From Deinococcota bacterium (GTDB taxonomy: Bacteria; Deinococcota; Deinococci; Deinococcales; Thermaceae), in contig JBGFRI010000035.1 in the NCBI GenBank assembly GCA_041695225.1, positions 32,001 to 96,000 of the forward strand: 64,000 nucleotides of DNA. Reading direction: 5' to 3'. The notes under the pieces were generated by a model that saw only the letters and a list, made by a program, of their open reading frames with translations, was not told where the DNA came from and did no database searches. Every line of letters starts with the position of its first letter. Positions within the stretch are counted from its first letter, which is position 1. Of this stretch, positions 11,795 through 22,440 are shown piece after piece. A program made the position numbers and the translations under genes.

Positions 11795-14155
11795 GTGGAA
11801 GAAATTCAAGATACACCCAAAAAAACCAGTCTGCTGGGGCGTATCACCTGGGTCGTGCTGTTTATTGCTGCCCTGTATAGCCTGTATGTGGTGGTGCATC
11901 CCTTTACGCCGCTGGCCGATCTCAGGATTAGTATCCTGGACATGGTACAGCTCGAGCGTGCGGTTCACGTTTTCTTGCTGATGTTCGCGGGCTATCTGAT
12001 CACTGCCCAGATTACCCCAGCCAAGCGCACTTTTGGCACCTGGGTGTTTGCCCTGCTCTCGTTTCCTTTCCTCTATATCTTCTGGATTTTTAATGCCCCT
12101 GGCGCAGAAATTCCGCTGATTGGCAAACTCATTGCCACCCTGGCCTTTGCTCTGGCCATTTTGCCTTTGTTGTTGCCGGGCATTCAGCGCTTCACCGATA
12201 TTTTCGCGGCCTTGTTTGCCATTGCCCCGGTAGTTTATCAGGTAGTCTTCTTTGAAGAGCTTATTTTCCGTGCGGTGATGCCCTCGGGCTGGGATATGGT
12301 AATGTCCTTCAGCCTGATCATGCTGGTGCTGGGGCTGGTCGCCCGTCTGCTGGGTGCAGTCATGCCGGCGCTGGTGATGATTTTTCTGGCCTATAACCTG
12401 CACGGCCACTACGTCCCCGGGCTTTTCCGGGGGGTGGAAAACAGCATAGATCTGGTTCTGGGTAAGATTTATAACGAGGCCGAGGCCGGCATATATGGCA
12501 TGATCACAGGGGTATCGGCCGAATACCTGGTTTACTTTACTATTTTGTCGGGCCTGATTGGCGCGCTGGGCCTGGGCCGGGTCATTGCCAATATCGCCAT
12601 GGCGCTGGTGGGCCGATCACCCCAGACCCCAGGCCGGGTTACTGGCATTGCTGCGGTATTTATGGGCATGTTCAGTGGTTCGGCAGCCGCCGATACCCAG
12701 TTTGTAGCTACTCTGACCAAGCCGCTGTACGAAAAGGCCAACTACGACAAGCTGGTAGGAGCCGGTCTGGTTGCTACTGCTGGCAGCATTGCCCTGATCA
12801 CCCCTCCGGTGCTGGGTAGTATCGCTTTCATCATGGTGGAAATCCTGCAGATCAGCTATCTGTGGGTGGTCATCATGTCTATTGGCCCGATGCTCTTGTA
12901 CCTGCTCTCGGTGCTCAGCTTCAATGAGTTTTACTCGCGCAAAGCCAAACTTCAGCCAGTGGGCGACGATTCGCTGCGACGCAGATATGCACTGCGTTAC
13001 AGCACCATTTTTATTCCTATTGTTTTGATCATTACCCTGTTGTTTCTGGGAACCTCGGTCTCGACGGCCGTATACCTGGCCACTCTGTCATTTGTGCTGG
13101 TCTGCTACCTGGACCCCACCTTGCGCCCCGAGCCGCTAGACCGGGTTATGCGTAGCCCTTCTTACAGACTGGGCCTTCCACTGGGCATCGGTCTGGGGTT
13201 TGCTGGCCTCACCATTCCCTTTTTCCTGGGCTGGGAGGTGGGCCACGTCCCGGTGGCTCCCCTTACCCTGGCCTTTTTGGGTTTTTTGCTGGGAACCTTC
13301 GTCTATCCCTCCGTGGCCAATGGTAGCTTCCGTGGGGCAATGGAGCCCCTGGCCCTTGGGCTGGCGAATGGTTTTCGCCAGCTAATTCCCATCGGTACGG
13401 CAGTAGTGGCGGCCAACTTAATCTTCGGAATGATGGTAATCTCGGGCCTGCCCGCCAAGTTCACCATTTTTGTGGGGCAGATCTCGGGGGAGAGCCTGCT
13501 GGTAGCAACGCTGTTTGCCGCCTTCTTCAGCCTTATTCTGGGCCTGGGGCTGCCCCCTACCGCCACCTATGTGATGGCGGCCTCACTTACTGCGCCGGCC
13601 ATCATCATGCTGGCCTCGGACAACTACCAGGCCTACGGACTCTCCCCCGAACAGGCCATGATGGCAGCCACCCTGGCTACGCATATGTTCCTCTTCTATT
13701 ACGCGGTGGTGATGGATGTCACCCCGCCGGTGGGCCTTTCGGCCTATGCCTCGGCCTCGGTCTTCCGAACCGACCCCATCATGACCGGGGTCTACGCCGC
13801 CAAAGTGGCTTTGCCCAAGTACATTTTTGGCTTTTTCTTCCTGCTGACCTTTACCGGAACCGGGCTGCTGATCTTGCCCATTCTGCAGAACATGCCTGGC
13901 TGGGAGGGCTGGTTGATTATCATTGAGCGCTTCATCTTTACGGCCGCGGCCATAGTCTTGCTCTCTGCCTCCACGGTGGGCTACGCCCGCCGCAGACTGA
14001 AACGCTGGGAGACCTGGGTGCTGGGCCTGCTGGCTGTGACGCTGTTTTATCCCTTCCCCAACATCTGGGTACCCACGTTAGTCCTGCTGCTTGGCCTGAC
14101 CTTCTTTGTACGCAAAGAACCCCAGGCCGCGACTGCCACGCAGGCCGCTGACTAG
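11795..14155 (+). CDS. TRAP transporter fused 4TM/12TM permease
   Basis: 786-aa hydrophobic protein with ITPPVLG, GLGLPPTATY and DVTPPVG motifs. Confidence 0.9.
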   Translation: MEEIQDTPKKTSLLGRITWVVLFIAALYSLYVVVHPFTPLADLRISILDMVQLERAVHVFLLMFAGYLITAQITPAKRTFGTWVFALLSFPFLYIFWIFNAPGAEIPLIGKLIATLAFALAILPLLLPGIQRFTDIFAALFAIAPVVYQVVFFEELIFRAVMPSGWDMVMSFSLIMLVLGLVARLLGAVMPALVMIFLAYNLHGHYVPGLFRGVENSIDLVLGKIYNEAEAGIYGMITGVSAEYLVYFTILSGLIGALGLGRVIANIAMALVGRSPQTPGRVTGIAAVFMGMFSGSAAADTQFVATLTKPLYEKANYDKLVGAGLVATAGSIALITPPVLGSIAFIMVEILQISYLWVVIMSIGPMLLYLLSVLSFNEFYSRKAKLQPVGDDSLRRRYALRYSTIFIPIVLIITLLFLGTSVSTAVYLATLSFVLVCYLDPTLRPEPLDRVMRSPSYRLGLPLGIGLGFAGLTIPFFLGWEVGHVPVAPLTLAFLGFLLGTFVYPSVANGSFRGAMEPLALGLANGFRQLIPIGTAVVAANLIFGMMVISGLPAKFTIFVGQISGESLLVATLFAAFFSLILGLGLPPTATYVMAASLTAPAIIMLASDNYQAYGLSPEQAMMAATLATHMFLFYYAVVMDVTPPVGLSAYASASVFRTDPIMTGVYAAKVALPKYIFGFFFLLTFTGTGLLILPILQNMPGWEGWLIIIERFIFTAAAIVLLSASTVGYARRRLKRWETWVLGLLAVTLFYPFPNIWVPTLVLLLGLTFFVRKEPQAATATQAAD

Positions 14156-14255
14156 GTGCTGGTTCGGACGTGTGCAGGGACGAGACGGGATCTACGTAAC
14201 GCTCTAAGGTGGCAGAAGCACCTCAGGTTCATTTAGCAAAGGCTAGACTCGGGGT

Positions 14256-14588
14256 ATGTTGACGCTGATGCGCCGGGCTGGCTTTCGCTTTTATGTCAAA
14301 TCGGGCAGCGCCCAGGAAAAGCCCCACATTTTCGTGACCCGCGATGGGGACTCCTGGGCAAAGTTCACCTTGGGGCCGGTGGCTCTGGTAGTGAATACTG
14401 GCATTGGCCGCAACGAGCTAACCCGGCTGCAAGGGGTGGTGACCGAGCTGGAGCCCCAACTTTTGCAGCAATGGAAAGAGTATGCGGGCAGCCAGGGGGT
14501 TAGGCTCGAGGCCAAGAAGTCACATAAACAGCCTCCCAAGCCCACCCCAGCCGAGGCGACGCCTCCAGCTGATCTACCCCAGGGTTAA
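14256..14588 (+). CDS. DUF4160-like protein
   Basis: GFRFY..E.PHIFV..AKF.L pattern; Pro-rich tail. Confidence 0.65.
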   Translation: MLTLMRRAGFRFYVKSGSAQEKPHIFVTRDGDSWAKFTLGPVALVVNTGIGRNELTRLQGVVTELEPQLLQQWKEYAGSQGVRLEAKKSHKQPPKPTPAEATPPADLPQG

Positions 14589-14668
14589 GGGAGGTTTGCG
14601 GTGGTCGAGCGCTTGTTGTCTCAGTTCGACTCCGTTGCAGCTAACTTCTGGTATACTGCCCAAAGCAG

Positions 14669-15604
14669 ATGATGCAGGTCTTTACCGGAGACAGCTTTCT
14701 GGCTAAAGAGGCCCTGTTGCAAGAGGCCGGCTTGCAGGGTCTGCCCCAGCGCCTAATGCCCCCCGAGCCAGCCCTGGTGGCCCAGGAGGCCAGGGGTGGG
14801 CTCTTTGGCCCGAGCGGGGCCGTGGTTGATCTGCGCGACCTGACGGAGGCCGAATGGAAGCCTCTCAAGGAAGTGTTGGAGGCCCTGCCGTCAGATGTAG
14901 TGGTACTTCTGCTCGACCCCAGGCCAACCTCTGCGCGTAACAAGTGGTATGCCGATAAAGTCCACAAGCGTGATTTCCCCACCCCCAGCCCCAAGGAAAT
15001 GTCCAACTGGGTTATCAACCGCGCACGCTACTACAACCTTAAGCTGCCGGGGGCCATCGCCTCGTACCTGGCAGGTCTGGTAGGGGCCAAGGGCAGCGCT
15101 GAGAACCCCGCAATGGGGCTGGAAGCCCTCGACCAGGAATTGAAGAAGCTCAGGCTTGTATCAGAGCCCATTACACGAAAGAAATTGCAAGCCCTGGTGG
15201 CGCTGGACACGCCCATTTCTGGCTTCGACCTGGTGCGTGCTACCACCGAGGGCCGGCCGACCCAGGCCTTCAAATATGCTTTAGAGCTGCTCGAGCGGGG
15301 TGAAGACCCCTTGCGAATTTTAGGAGCGCTCTCCTGGCAGTATGTGCGCGTAGCTAAGGCATGGGCCTTGCTGCAGGATGACCCGCTGATGGGGGAGGGG
15401 ATGGCTGCTAGCGCCCTGGGAATGCACCCCTACGTTGCCAAACAGACCCTGCTGCTGGCCAAAAAGGTCTCTGGCGAGAGGGCCCGAAAAGCCCTGGAAA
15501 TCCTGATGGATGCAGAAGAAGCGGCTAAAACCGGTAAGGATATGCGACTGGCTTTGGAACGGGCCCTGGTTGCACTAACCGCGCTTGGGACAAAGCAGCC
15601 CTGA
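14669..15604 (+). CDS. holA: DNA polymerase III subunit delta
   Basis: VFTGDSFLA start, QELKKL, and GEDPLRILGAL..HPY..KTG C-terminal motifs. Confidence 0.85.
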   Translation: MMQVFTGDSFLAKEALLQEAGLQGLPQRLMPPEPALVAQEARGGLFGPSGAVVDLRDLTEAEWKPLKEVLEALPSDVVVLLLDPRPTSARNKWYADKVHKRDFPTPSPKEMSNWVINRARYYNLKLPGAIASYLAGLVGAKGSAENPAMGLEALDQELKKLRLVSEPITRKKLQALVALDTPISGFDLVRATTEGRPTQAFKYALELLERGEDPLRILGALSWQYVRVAKAWALLQDDPLMGEGMAASALGMHPYVAKQTLLLAKKVSGERARKALEILMDAEEAAKTGKDMRLALERALVALTALGTKQP

Positions 15605-16023
15605 CCGGGCAGTCTGCTGCCCCGGAACCCAGCAGTGGTTGCAAGAAAGTCGCTATTGCTACACCGTCGAGCAGCCAGGCTGCGATCTGGGCTGTCTGGC
15701 CCGGTTGTCGCGATGAGCGGCTCGGATACCAGCACACAGTATGGGCATATGAGGGCGCTGGCCCTGACTATCCATGATGGTAATGAGGCTGAGATGGCTC
15801 CTTTTGTCAACCTGAGCGCTGCCGGGGCTTACACGTCTGGCTTAAGAGTGACCAGCTGGCTAATGAGCGGCAGGCTGGTGAGCAGGAAAAGGGTGACCCT
15901 GGACTCAGGGGGACGTAGAAACTGGGCTTTGCCCTTTAGTCTGGTAGATTTTGCCCCTTTGCTACTGGATAGTGTCAGGGGTCTGTATGTAAGAAAAGTT
16001 GAGTGTTATATTGGCAACTAGGT

Positions 16024-16248
16024 ATGACCGCGCTCGAGTGGATCAAACAAATGCTGGAGGTCAATCGCGATGCCTTGCAGCAGATGCCTTTCCCGCCTGG
16101 TCTGGCGGAGTATGTGGACGAACTGGTAAAGTCGGGCCAGACCGAACAAATCATCGCACTGATGAAGATGGGTTTTCTGATCGGTATCCAGCAAGGTGCA
16201 AAAGGTGAGGAACCTCCCGCCCCTTTGCACAGCCGTATTCAGGCATAG
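16024..16248 (+). CDS. Small hypothetical protein
   Basis: 74-aa ORF with normal codon usage; no family recognised. Confidence 0.5.
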   Translation: MTALEWIKQMLEVNRDALQQMPFPPGLAEYVDELVKSGQTEQIIALMKMGFLIGIQQGAKGEEPPAPLHSRIQA

Positions 16249-16638
16249 CCAGGCCGCCAAAAAAGCACCGCAGCCTGAGCCGCTGCCCCAGCATCCGAGT
16301 GCCTACAAAACATTCTCTTCTGCCTGGACTGTAGTCTCCGGTCAGCCTGTTTTCGCTGACCTGGACCGGTCTAAGCGCCTCTTGGCCGTGTCGTTGGCCT
16401 GCCTGCATCCTCCTGCACCCAGACAGACCTTCCCCGTCTCAGGCCCTAGCTACTGTACCCTGGTGACTGGCGGTACTGGGCAGGATAGGTTGCTACTGCT
16501 ACATGCCTACACAAAGACACCCCATAGACCCACGATTACCTGTCCCACTCATCACTTTCGCTGCTTTCATCGTCAGGAACTTCAGTCTAGTCAGATTTGA
16601 AGGTATCAGTGCTCAAAAACTCTGAGCACAGGGCGAGT

Positions 16639-17586
16639 TCAGGTCTGGTAGCACCCCAGCCCTCTGAACCTGCGGTAACGGTCTTCGAACAGTTCTTCGG
16701 GTCCCAGGTCTGAGAGCTCGTCCAGCGAGGCCAGCAGGGCCTGCTTGATATTGGCCAGGGTGACTGCCAGGCTGCGATGGGCGCCTCCGCCGGGCTCGGG
16801 GATGATTCTGTCTACGATGCCCAGGCTCAGGAGATCGGTGGCCGAAAGCTTAAGGGCCTCTGCTGCCCTGGGGGCTTCTTTGGCGTCGCGCCACAAAATG
16901 GCCGCGCAGGACTCGGGCGAAATTACCGAGTACCAGGCATTTTCTAGAATTAGCACCCGGTTGCCTACCCCGATGGCTAGGGCGCCACCCGACCCCCCCT
17001 CACCCAGAATTACTGCAACGGCCGGAACCCTGAGGCGGGCCATGCGCTGGATACTCTGGGCAATCACCCAGGCCTGGCCCCGTTCCTCGGCGGAGATGCC
17101 AGGATAGGCCCCGGGTGTATCAATGAAGGCGATAAAGGGGCGGCCAAAACGGTCGGCCAGATCCATCAGTCGCATGGCCTTGCGGTAACCCTCGGGGTGG
17201 GGCATGGCGAAATTGCGCCTGATGTTTTCCTTGGTATCGCGGCCTTTTTGGTGGCCCACCACCACCACCGAGGTGCCCTCCAGGTAGGCTAGTCCCCCCA
17301 CCACCGCAGGGTCCTCACCATAGGTGCGATCCCCCGATAGCTCCACAAAATCGTTCATAATGCCGCCAATTACGTCGAGGGTGGTAGGACGGCCGGGGGC
17401 TCGAGCCAGCTGTACCCGTTCCCAACGGGACAGGTTGGAGAAGGTTTCGTATTTGAGCTGCGCCAGGCGGCCGCGCAAGACGTGTAGCTCTCCTGACAGG
17501 TCCACCCCGCTCTGGGCGGCAAACCCCTCGAGCTCGGCTATTTTGGCCTCGAGCTCTTCAATGGGCTTTTCGAACTCAAGCGGCAT
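16639..17586 (-). CDS. accA: Acetyl-CoA carboxylase carboxyltransferase subunit alpha
   Basis: MPLEFEKPI start; [24 protein letters not shown] and YSVISPE motifs. Confidence 0.96.
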   Translation of the reverse strand: MPLEFEKPIEELEAKIAELEGFAAQSGVDLSGELHVLRGRLAQLKYETFSNLSRWERVQLARAPGRPTTLDVIGGIMNDFVELSGDRTYGEDPAVVGGLAYLEGTSVVVVGHQKGRDTKENIRRNFAMPHPEGYRKAMRLMDLADRFGRPFIAFIDTPGAYPGISAEERGQAWVIAQSIQRMARLRVPAVAVILGEGGSGGALAIGVGNRVLILENAWYSVISPESCAAILWRDAKEAPRAAEALKLSATDLLSLGIVDRIIPEPGGGAHRSLAVTLANIKQALLASLDELSDLGPEELFEDRYRRFRGLGCYQT

Positions 17587-17681
17587 GGGGGTTTCCTCTG
17601 AAAATCTCGAGGGGTGAGCGAAGACGGCCCAGGGTAGTGCTCGAAGGCTGACCCCCAGGGCGGGCCTGTGGTACCTGAGAC

Positions 17682-18536
17682 CTATACGGCATGCTTCACC
17701 GTCCTGGGGTGCAACAGCCTGAGGGTGGTGGCCAGGGTTTCTTTGAGCTGGCGGCGGTTTACCACCTGGTCTACCATGCCGTGTTTGAGCAGAAACTCCG
17801 AACGCTGAAAGCCCTCGGGCAGGTCCTGGCGGATGGTCTGTTTGATCACCCGTGGCCCAGCAAAGCCAATCAGAGCATCGGGTTCGGCCAAGATCACGTC
17901 GGCAATGGCCGCGAAGCTGGCGGTCACCCCGCCGGTAGTAGGGTCGGTGAGGATGGAGACATAGGGCAGTTTTTTGGCCCACAGCCGGTCCAGGGCGAGG
18001 GTGGTTTTGGCCATCTGCATCAGTGAGAGGGCGGCTTCCTGCATGCGGGCGCCACCCGAGACAGCCACAATCACCACCGCACGGTCTTCCTGGGCGGCCA
18101 GTTCGATGCCCCGGGTGATCTCCTCACCCACCACGCTGCCCATTGAACCCCCCGCAAAGGCGTAGTCCATTACCAGTAGCACACTGGGCACGCCCCCAAT
18201 GCTACACCGCCCTCCAACGATGGCATCGGGCCGCCCGGCTTCTTTCTGGTAGCGCTCGAGGCGTCTGGTGTAAGGTTCGGTGTCGTGAAACCCCAGGGGG
18301 TCGGTGGGTTTGAGGCCGGTGATCTGCTCGAAGCTACCCGCGTCGGCCAGCATCTCGATGCGCTTGTCAGCAGACAGCCGCAGGTGGTGCCCGCACTTGG
18401 GGCATACGTGAAGGGTGGTCTCGAGGTCTTTCTTGTAAATCTGCGCGTCGCACTTGGGGCACTTGACCCACAGCTCGGGAACGTCCCGCGCCTCCCCTTG
18501 TACCCGGCGACGGCGGAAAAGCCGCTCTAAGGCCAT
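17682..18536 (-). CDS. accD: Acetyl-CoA carboxylase carboxyltransferase subunit beta
   Basis: CPKC..CPKC zinc ribbon; [18 protein letters not shown] and GFAGPRVI motifs. Confidence 0.97.
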   Translation of the reverse strand: MALERLFRRRRVQGEARDVPELWVKCPKCDAQIYKKDLETTLHVCPKCGHHLRLSADKRIEMLADAGSFEQITGLKPTDPLGFHDTEPYTRRLERYQKEAGRPDAIVGGRCSIGGVPSVLLVMDYAFAGGSMGSVVGEEITRGIELAAQEDRAVVIVAVSGGARMQEAALSLMQMAKTTLALDRLWAKKLPYVSILTDPTTGGVTASFAAIADVILAEPDALIGFAGPRVIKQTIRQDLPEGFQRSEFLLKHGMVDQVVNRRQLKETLATTLRLLHPRTVKHAV

Positions 18537-18692
18537 AGCGCCCTATCTTATACCAGACCTGCGCCCGGATAACACCAGACTAGACTGGCGAACTGGGGTG
18601 GCACACTAGCGCCATCCCCTTGCCGTGCTATTCAGTGCGACCGAGGGGCGCTTCTATAACTCTTTGGGTAAGGCACACCTAGACTGAGTTTA

Positions 18693-18948
18693 GACCCCAT
18701 AATGAGAGTCGCACCAATGCCGCCTTGTTTGGACGGGGTTCAATTTTACACGGCGCCTTAAATTGTGGCCCCTCGCTATCTCCAGTGGGTACCAAAGTCG
18801 ACCCGTGCACCAGGATGCGGTTGTGGGTCTCGAGATAGCACCGGGCCCAAAGTCCTCGAAGATATCGCGAGGCGTAGCCGCGCCGGATCGAACCCATAAC
18901 GGATTACCTAACAAGAAACTCCCTCCCGTTTTGCCGCACCGCTGCGGG
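18693..18948 (-). ncRNA. Structured non-coding RNA candidate (6S-like rod plus 3' hairpin)
   Basis: At least six nested helices found by eye. G-U pairs favour the minus strand. No credible ORF overlaps it. Confidence 0.55.
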
Positions 18949-19051
18949 TAGCTCCTGAAAAGCTCACTTTACCTAAGAAGCTATGGATGGATTGCGAGCC
19001 GAGGGCCAGAAGTGTTCATGGAAGCGCAAATGCACCAGGTTGCGGCTTCAA

Positions 19052-19085
19052 CCCCCCACCCTTCCCTCCCCCACAAGGGGGGAGG
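19052..19085. repeat. REP-like C/G-rich palindrome
   Basis: CCCCCCACCCTTCCCTCCCCCACAAGGGGGGAGG; related sequence at 41326-41358 and inside the UvrD-like gene. Confidence 0.55.
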
Positions 19086-19342
19086 AGTTACTGGCAACTT
19101 TTTCTTGTACCTTCTGAAAAAGGCCCTAGTCAGAAACTCCCTTCTGATTCGTCGCTATGGGTGCAAGCTGTTCATGGAAAACTTGCACTATGGAACAAGA
19201 CCTAAGGCTTTATCCAAAAGCTGTCGGACCTCATGTACTAAGCTAGTTCCTCAAACGGTGGCCCTTGGCTCCCGACCGCCCTGCGAGGCTCAGGTGAACC
19301 CACACGGATCAGTGAGGAGCCAAAAAGTCAGAGTCAGGCCAC

Positions 19343-19732
19343 CTAACTACTGGCCTTGGTGTTTTGTGGCAAAGCCCTGGGCTCGCCGGTCTGGCTGCGG
19401 CCCACGAAAATTGCACCCGCCTCCACATCCAGCGACATGGCCCGCACATCCCCCTCTACCCGTGCGCTTTTGGTGATATGTAGTCTGCCGCTGGCGATTA
19501 CCTGGGCGCTAATCTGTCCGTGCACCAGGATATTGTTGGCTTTGACCAGCTCACCTTCAATCTGGGCGCTGCTTCCGACCTCGAGGTCGCCTTCAACCAC
19601 CACCGAGCCTTTGACCCTTCCATCAATGCGGGTGCTGCCGCCCGCCCTCAGACTGCCTTCGATCTCGCTGCCCTCACTCACATAGGTGAGCGCAGCCGGA
19701 TTGGGTTTACGTCCTCCGCCAAACACCGCCAT
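19343..19732 (-). CDS. Bactofilin (polymer-forming cytoskeletal protein)
   Basis: TYVSEGSEIEG..RIDG..G.L.I...A.VEGD..L.VE.GA.F.G beta-helix pattern. Confidence 0.92.
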   Translation of the reverse strand: MAVFGGGRKPNPAALTYVSEGSEIEGSLRAGGSTRIDGRVKGSVVVEGDLEVGSSAQIEGELVKANNILVHGQISAQVIASGRLHITKSARVEGDVRAMSLDVEAGAIFVGRSQTGEPRALPQNTKASS

Positions 19733-19856
19733 AGTCTACACCCCTGGTCTCAGCTACAAACAGTCCTAAGAAAGCAAGCCTACCCAACCGACCCATCATA
19801 TCCTGCCTGTTCAAGTCAAGCGGTTTTCCTCGCAATCAGCTTTGCTGGTCGGGATT

Positions 19857-20759
19857 TCAGTTGAGATAGGCGACGGGATTTACCTCGGCGCCATTGCGGA
19901 AGATGGTGTAGTGCAGGTGTGGGCCGGTTGAACGACCCGTCGAGCCCACCGCCCCCACCCGGTCGCCGCGCTCGAGACTCTGCCCGACCCGTACCGAGAT
20001 GGAGGACAGGTGCGCATACAAGGTGCGGTAGCCAAAGCCGTGGTCTACCACCACCGCCAGGCCAAAGGGCCCGTTCCAGCCTGCTTCAATTACCTCTCCC
20101 GCTCCGGTTACGCGCACGGCGGTGCCGGTGTGCGCAGGAAAGTCAATGCCGTTGTGAAACTCAAAACCCCAGCCAAAAGGATTGCGGCGGTAGCCAAAGT
20201 GCGAGCTGATGCGGGTCTGCCCCCGGATGGGGTAGCCAAAGGGAATGGCCGCTTCGCGCCTCAGGGTCGCGTTTAGGGCAGGGGATACCTCGCTCAGCTT
20301 GTTGGCGAAGGCCGCGGCCTGTTGACTGGCGTGTTTGAGGACATGTTCGAGCTCCGCCGGAGCCGAAGCCCCGCCGCGACCACCGCCTTCGTTGCGGGTG
20401 GGTACCAGCCTAATTTTTGGCATTCCAGCACGGGTACGCAGGGTGTTGATCTCGTTCTCCAGCACCTGTAACTGCTTGAGGATGCTCTGGGCGTCCTGGC
20501 TCAGGGCATTGTTACGGGTTCGTTCGGCGGTAAGCTGGTTATTGAGCTCGCGGGCCTGATCAGACAAACTGACCAGCTGAACCTGCAGGCTGCGCATCTC
20601 GGCAGTACGCTGCCAGAGCCAGATATTCAGACCGCTCCAGCCCAACAAGACCAACAATAGGGCTACTGGAATCCATACCGGTAGCGATATGGCTCTGGGT
20701 GCTGCGCCGGTTCGGGCTAGCCACAAAGTATAGCGCACAGGGTGACGGCGAATCGGCAT
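19857..20759 (-). CDS. M23 family peptidase with TM segment and coiled coil
   Basis: HNGID, YAHL and STGPHLHY motifs. Confidence 0.92.
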   Translation of the reverse strand: MPIRRHPVRYTLWLARTGAAPRAISLPVWIPVALLLVLLGWSGLNIWLWQRTAEMRSLQVQLVSLSDQARELNNQLTAERTRNNALSQDAQSILKQLQVLENEINTLRTRAGMPKIRLVPTRNEGGGRGGASAPAELEHVLKHASQQAAAFANKLSEVSPALNATLRREAAIPFGYPIRGQTRISSHFGYRRNPFGWGFEFHNGIDFPAHTGTAVRVTGAGEVIEAGWNGPFGLAVVVDHGFGYRTLYAHLSSISVRVGQSLERGDRVGAVGSTGRSTGPHLHYTIFRNGAEVNPVAYLN

Positions 20760-21021
20760 CAGGGCATATAAGTAACGCAAACCGCAGACAAAAGTCAAGG
20801 GAGCTTTTGCCCGTTATATTAAAGCTCTCATCGGAGCCGAACCCAGACTTGCGTTTTCTACCCTCCAGCGCCATGGTCTAGCTTGTACAAAGTGAGAGTA
20901 AGCTCACACTCTAAGGGCGTTACATGAAAATAGCGATATTGTAATCAAACATACAGTGTGCAGATGCTGGTCCTCTTTCAGGGGGTGACCTGCCTGGATG
21001 GGCAGAAGACAGTACGCATGG

Positions 21022-21789
21022 TTATGCAAATTGTTCTGCTACCGCCAGGGCCACATCAATGGCCCTTTGTACCGCCTGGTCTTTGACCTCCAATACTGGC
21101 TGCTCGGCCCTGGTGCGCTGTGCAATGACCCCGCAGATACAGGCCGCGGCAAAACCATAAACGCTGCCCATCTTGAACAGAGTTCCGGCCTCCATCTCGT
21201 AGTTAATAATCCTCAGGTTGCGGTACTCCTCGGTAACACCCTGCAGGGCCCGGAGCAGATGCGGATTGGCCGAGCCAGTGCGCTCCTGCCCTTCATAAAA
21301 GGTGTCCACCGAAGCCGTAATTCCCAGCGCATAAGCAAGGCCCATGCTCCTGGCGGCCTCTACTAGCGCTACCGTGAGAAAAGGGTCGGCACTAGCGGGA
21401 TACTCTGGCGGAGCAATGTCGTTGGCGGCCCCCTGGCGGCACAAAGCGGCCTGCGAGATGGCCACACTACCCGGTAGCAGATGGTCCTGAATTGAACCGC
21501 AGGTGCCCACCCGAATGATGGTGCGAATGCCAGCCTGCACAAGTTCATTTACCACAATGCTCAGACTGGGCGCACCCATGCCGCTGGTAGCGGACAAGAC
21601 CGGCCGTCCATTGGGCAAAAACCCCAGGTAACTGTTCAGGCCACGGTTTTCCGAAAGAGTCTTGGTCTGTCTTAGCCTGGAATGGGCAATGAGCGATGCG
21701 CGGTTGGGATCTCCGCTCAAGACTGCCAGGGTAGGGGGGTTGCTGCCAAAGTCTGCGGGCCCAAAGCCGATATGGTAAAACTCTGCCAT
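21022..21789 (-). CDS. udp: Uridine phosphorylase / nucleoside phosphorylase
   Basis: YHIG, GDPNR, GMGAPS, IRVGTCG, FYEGQER and NYEME motifs. Confidence 0.88.
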   Translation of the reverse strand: MAEFYHIGFGPADFGSNPPTLAVLSGDPNRASLIAHSRLRQTKTLSENRGLNSYLGFLPNGRPVLSATSGMGAPSLSIVVNELVQAGIRTIIRVGTCGSIQDHLLPGSVAISQAALCRQGAANDIAPPEYPASADPFLTVALVEAARSMGLAYALGITASVDTFYEGQERTGSANPHLLRALQGVTEEYRNLRIINYEMEAGTLFKMGSVYGFAAACICGVIAQRTRAEQPVLEVKDQAVQRAIDVALAVAEQFA

Positions 21790-21988
21790 GAGCTATTATC
21801 GCACTCATTTTTGGTGAAGCGCCTAATATCGAGCAGCACCAGCTAGCAGGGGCCAACCCACGGGCGATCTCATGGAAGCCGATTCGGAGCAAGTCTGTGA
21901 AGCCCCAGATGGACTGGATGAGCCCGGTCCCTTCAGTAGAGGCCATGTAGTGCTAGAAGTGAGGGCCGGTCACCTCTTTCCCTTTTCA

Positions 21989-22099
21989 TTAGTCCAGAAC
22001 TTCGTCGGCGGGGGAGTTCTCGAGGATTCCCTGCCACAACAGAGCGATTACCGGCAGGGCAACCACCAAGAGCAGCATAACTCCCAGCAAAACTTCCAT
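21989..22099 (-). CDS. Unlisted 36-aa single-pass membrane protein
   Basis: MEVLLGVMLLLVVALPVIALLWQGILENSPADEVLD; TAACCT -10 box 6 nt before the ATG. Confidence 0.5.
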   Translation of the reverse strand: MEVLLGVMLLLVVALPVIALLWQGILENSPADEVLD

Positions 22100-22164
22100 G
22101 AGCCCAGGTTATCCTGAGTTGGTCAGGCTAGGGTCAGTGCCAGAATGGCAAGTCTCAGGGAGTC

Positions 22165-22440
22165 TTAATCCTGGCTGGGGTTCTTGGACACAGAACGCTG
22201 ATTTAGATAATCATCCTCGTCTCCGGCCACTCCATCTTTCATCCTATTGGCTTTGATTCCGGCGTCAAAATCAATTTCTGTGGGCGGTTTGTCGTCCATA
22301 TCCACAATTACCGAGGGGTTGTATGGCAAAGGCTTGCCAGCAGGTAGGCCGGAGATGCCCCGTGAATGGTTCACTTTTCGCAGGAATACCACCACAAGGA
22401 CCAGCAAAACCAAGACCGCCACCAGCCAGATCCAGGACAT
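22165..22440 (-). CDS. Small membrane-anchored hypothetical protein
   Basis: N-terminal TM segment and acidic tail; TAAGAT -10 box 8 nt upstream. Confidence 0.6.
   Translation of the reverse strand: MSWIWLVAVLVLLVLVVVFLRKVNHSRGISGLPAGKPLPYNPSVIVDMDDKPPTEIDFDAGIKANRMKDGVAGDEDDYLNQRSVSKNPSQD

Noticed and set aside
16470..16530. RelE-like fragment DRLLLLHAYTKT
   Set aside because: Too short to distinguish from chance.
18870..18945. Cobalamin riboswitch reading of the accD-upstream RNA
   Set aside because: Superficial GGTGC..GGGA..ATCCGGCGCGG similarity, but no GCCACTG or B12-box 3' motif.
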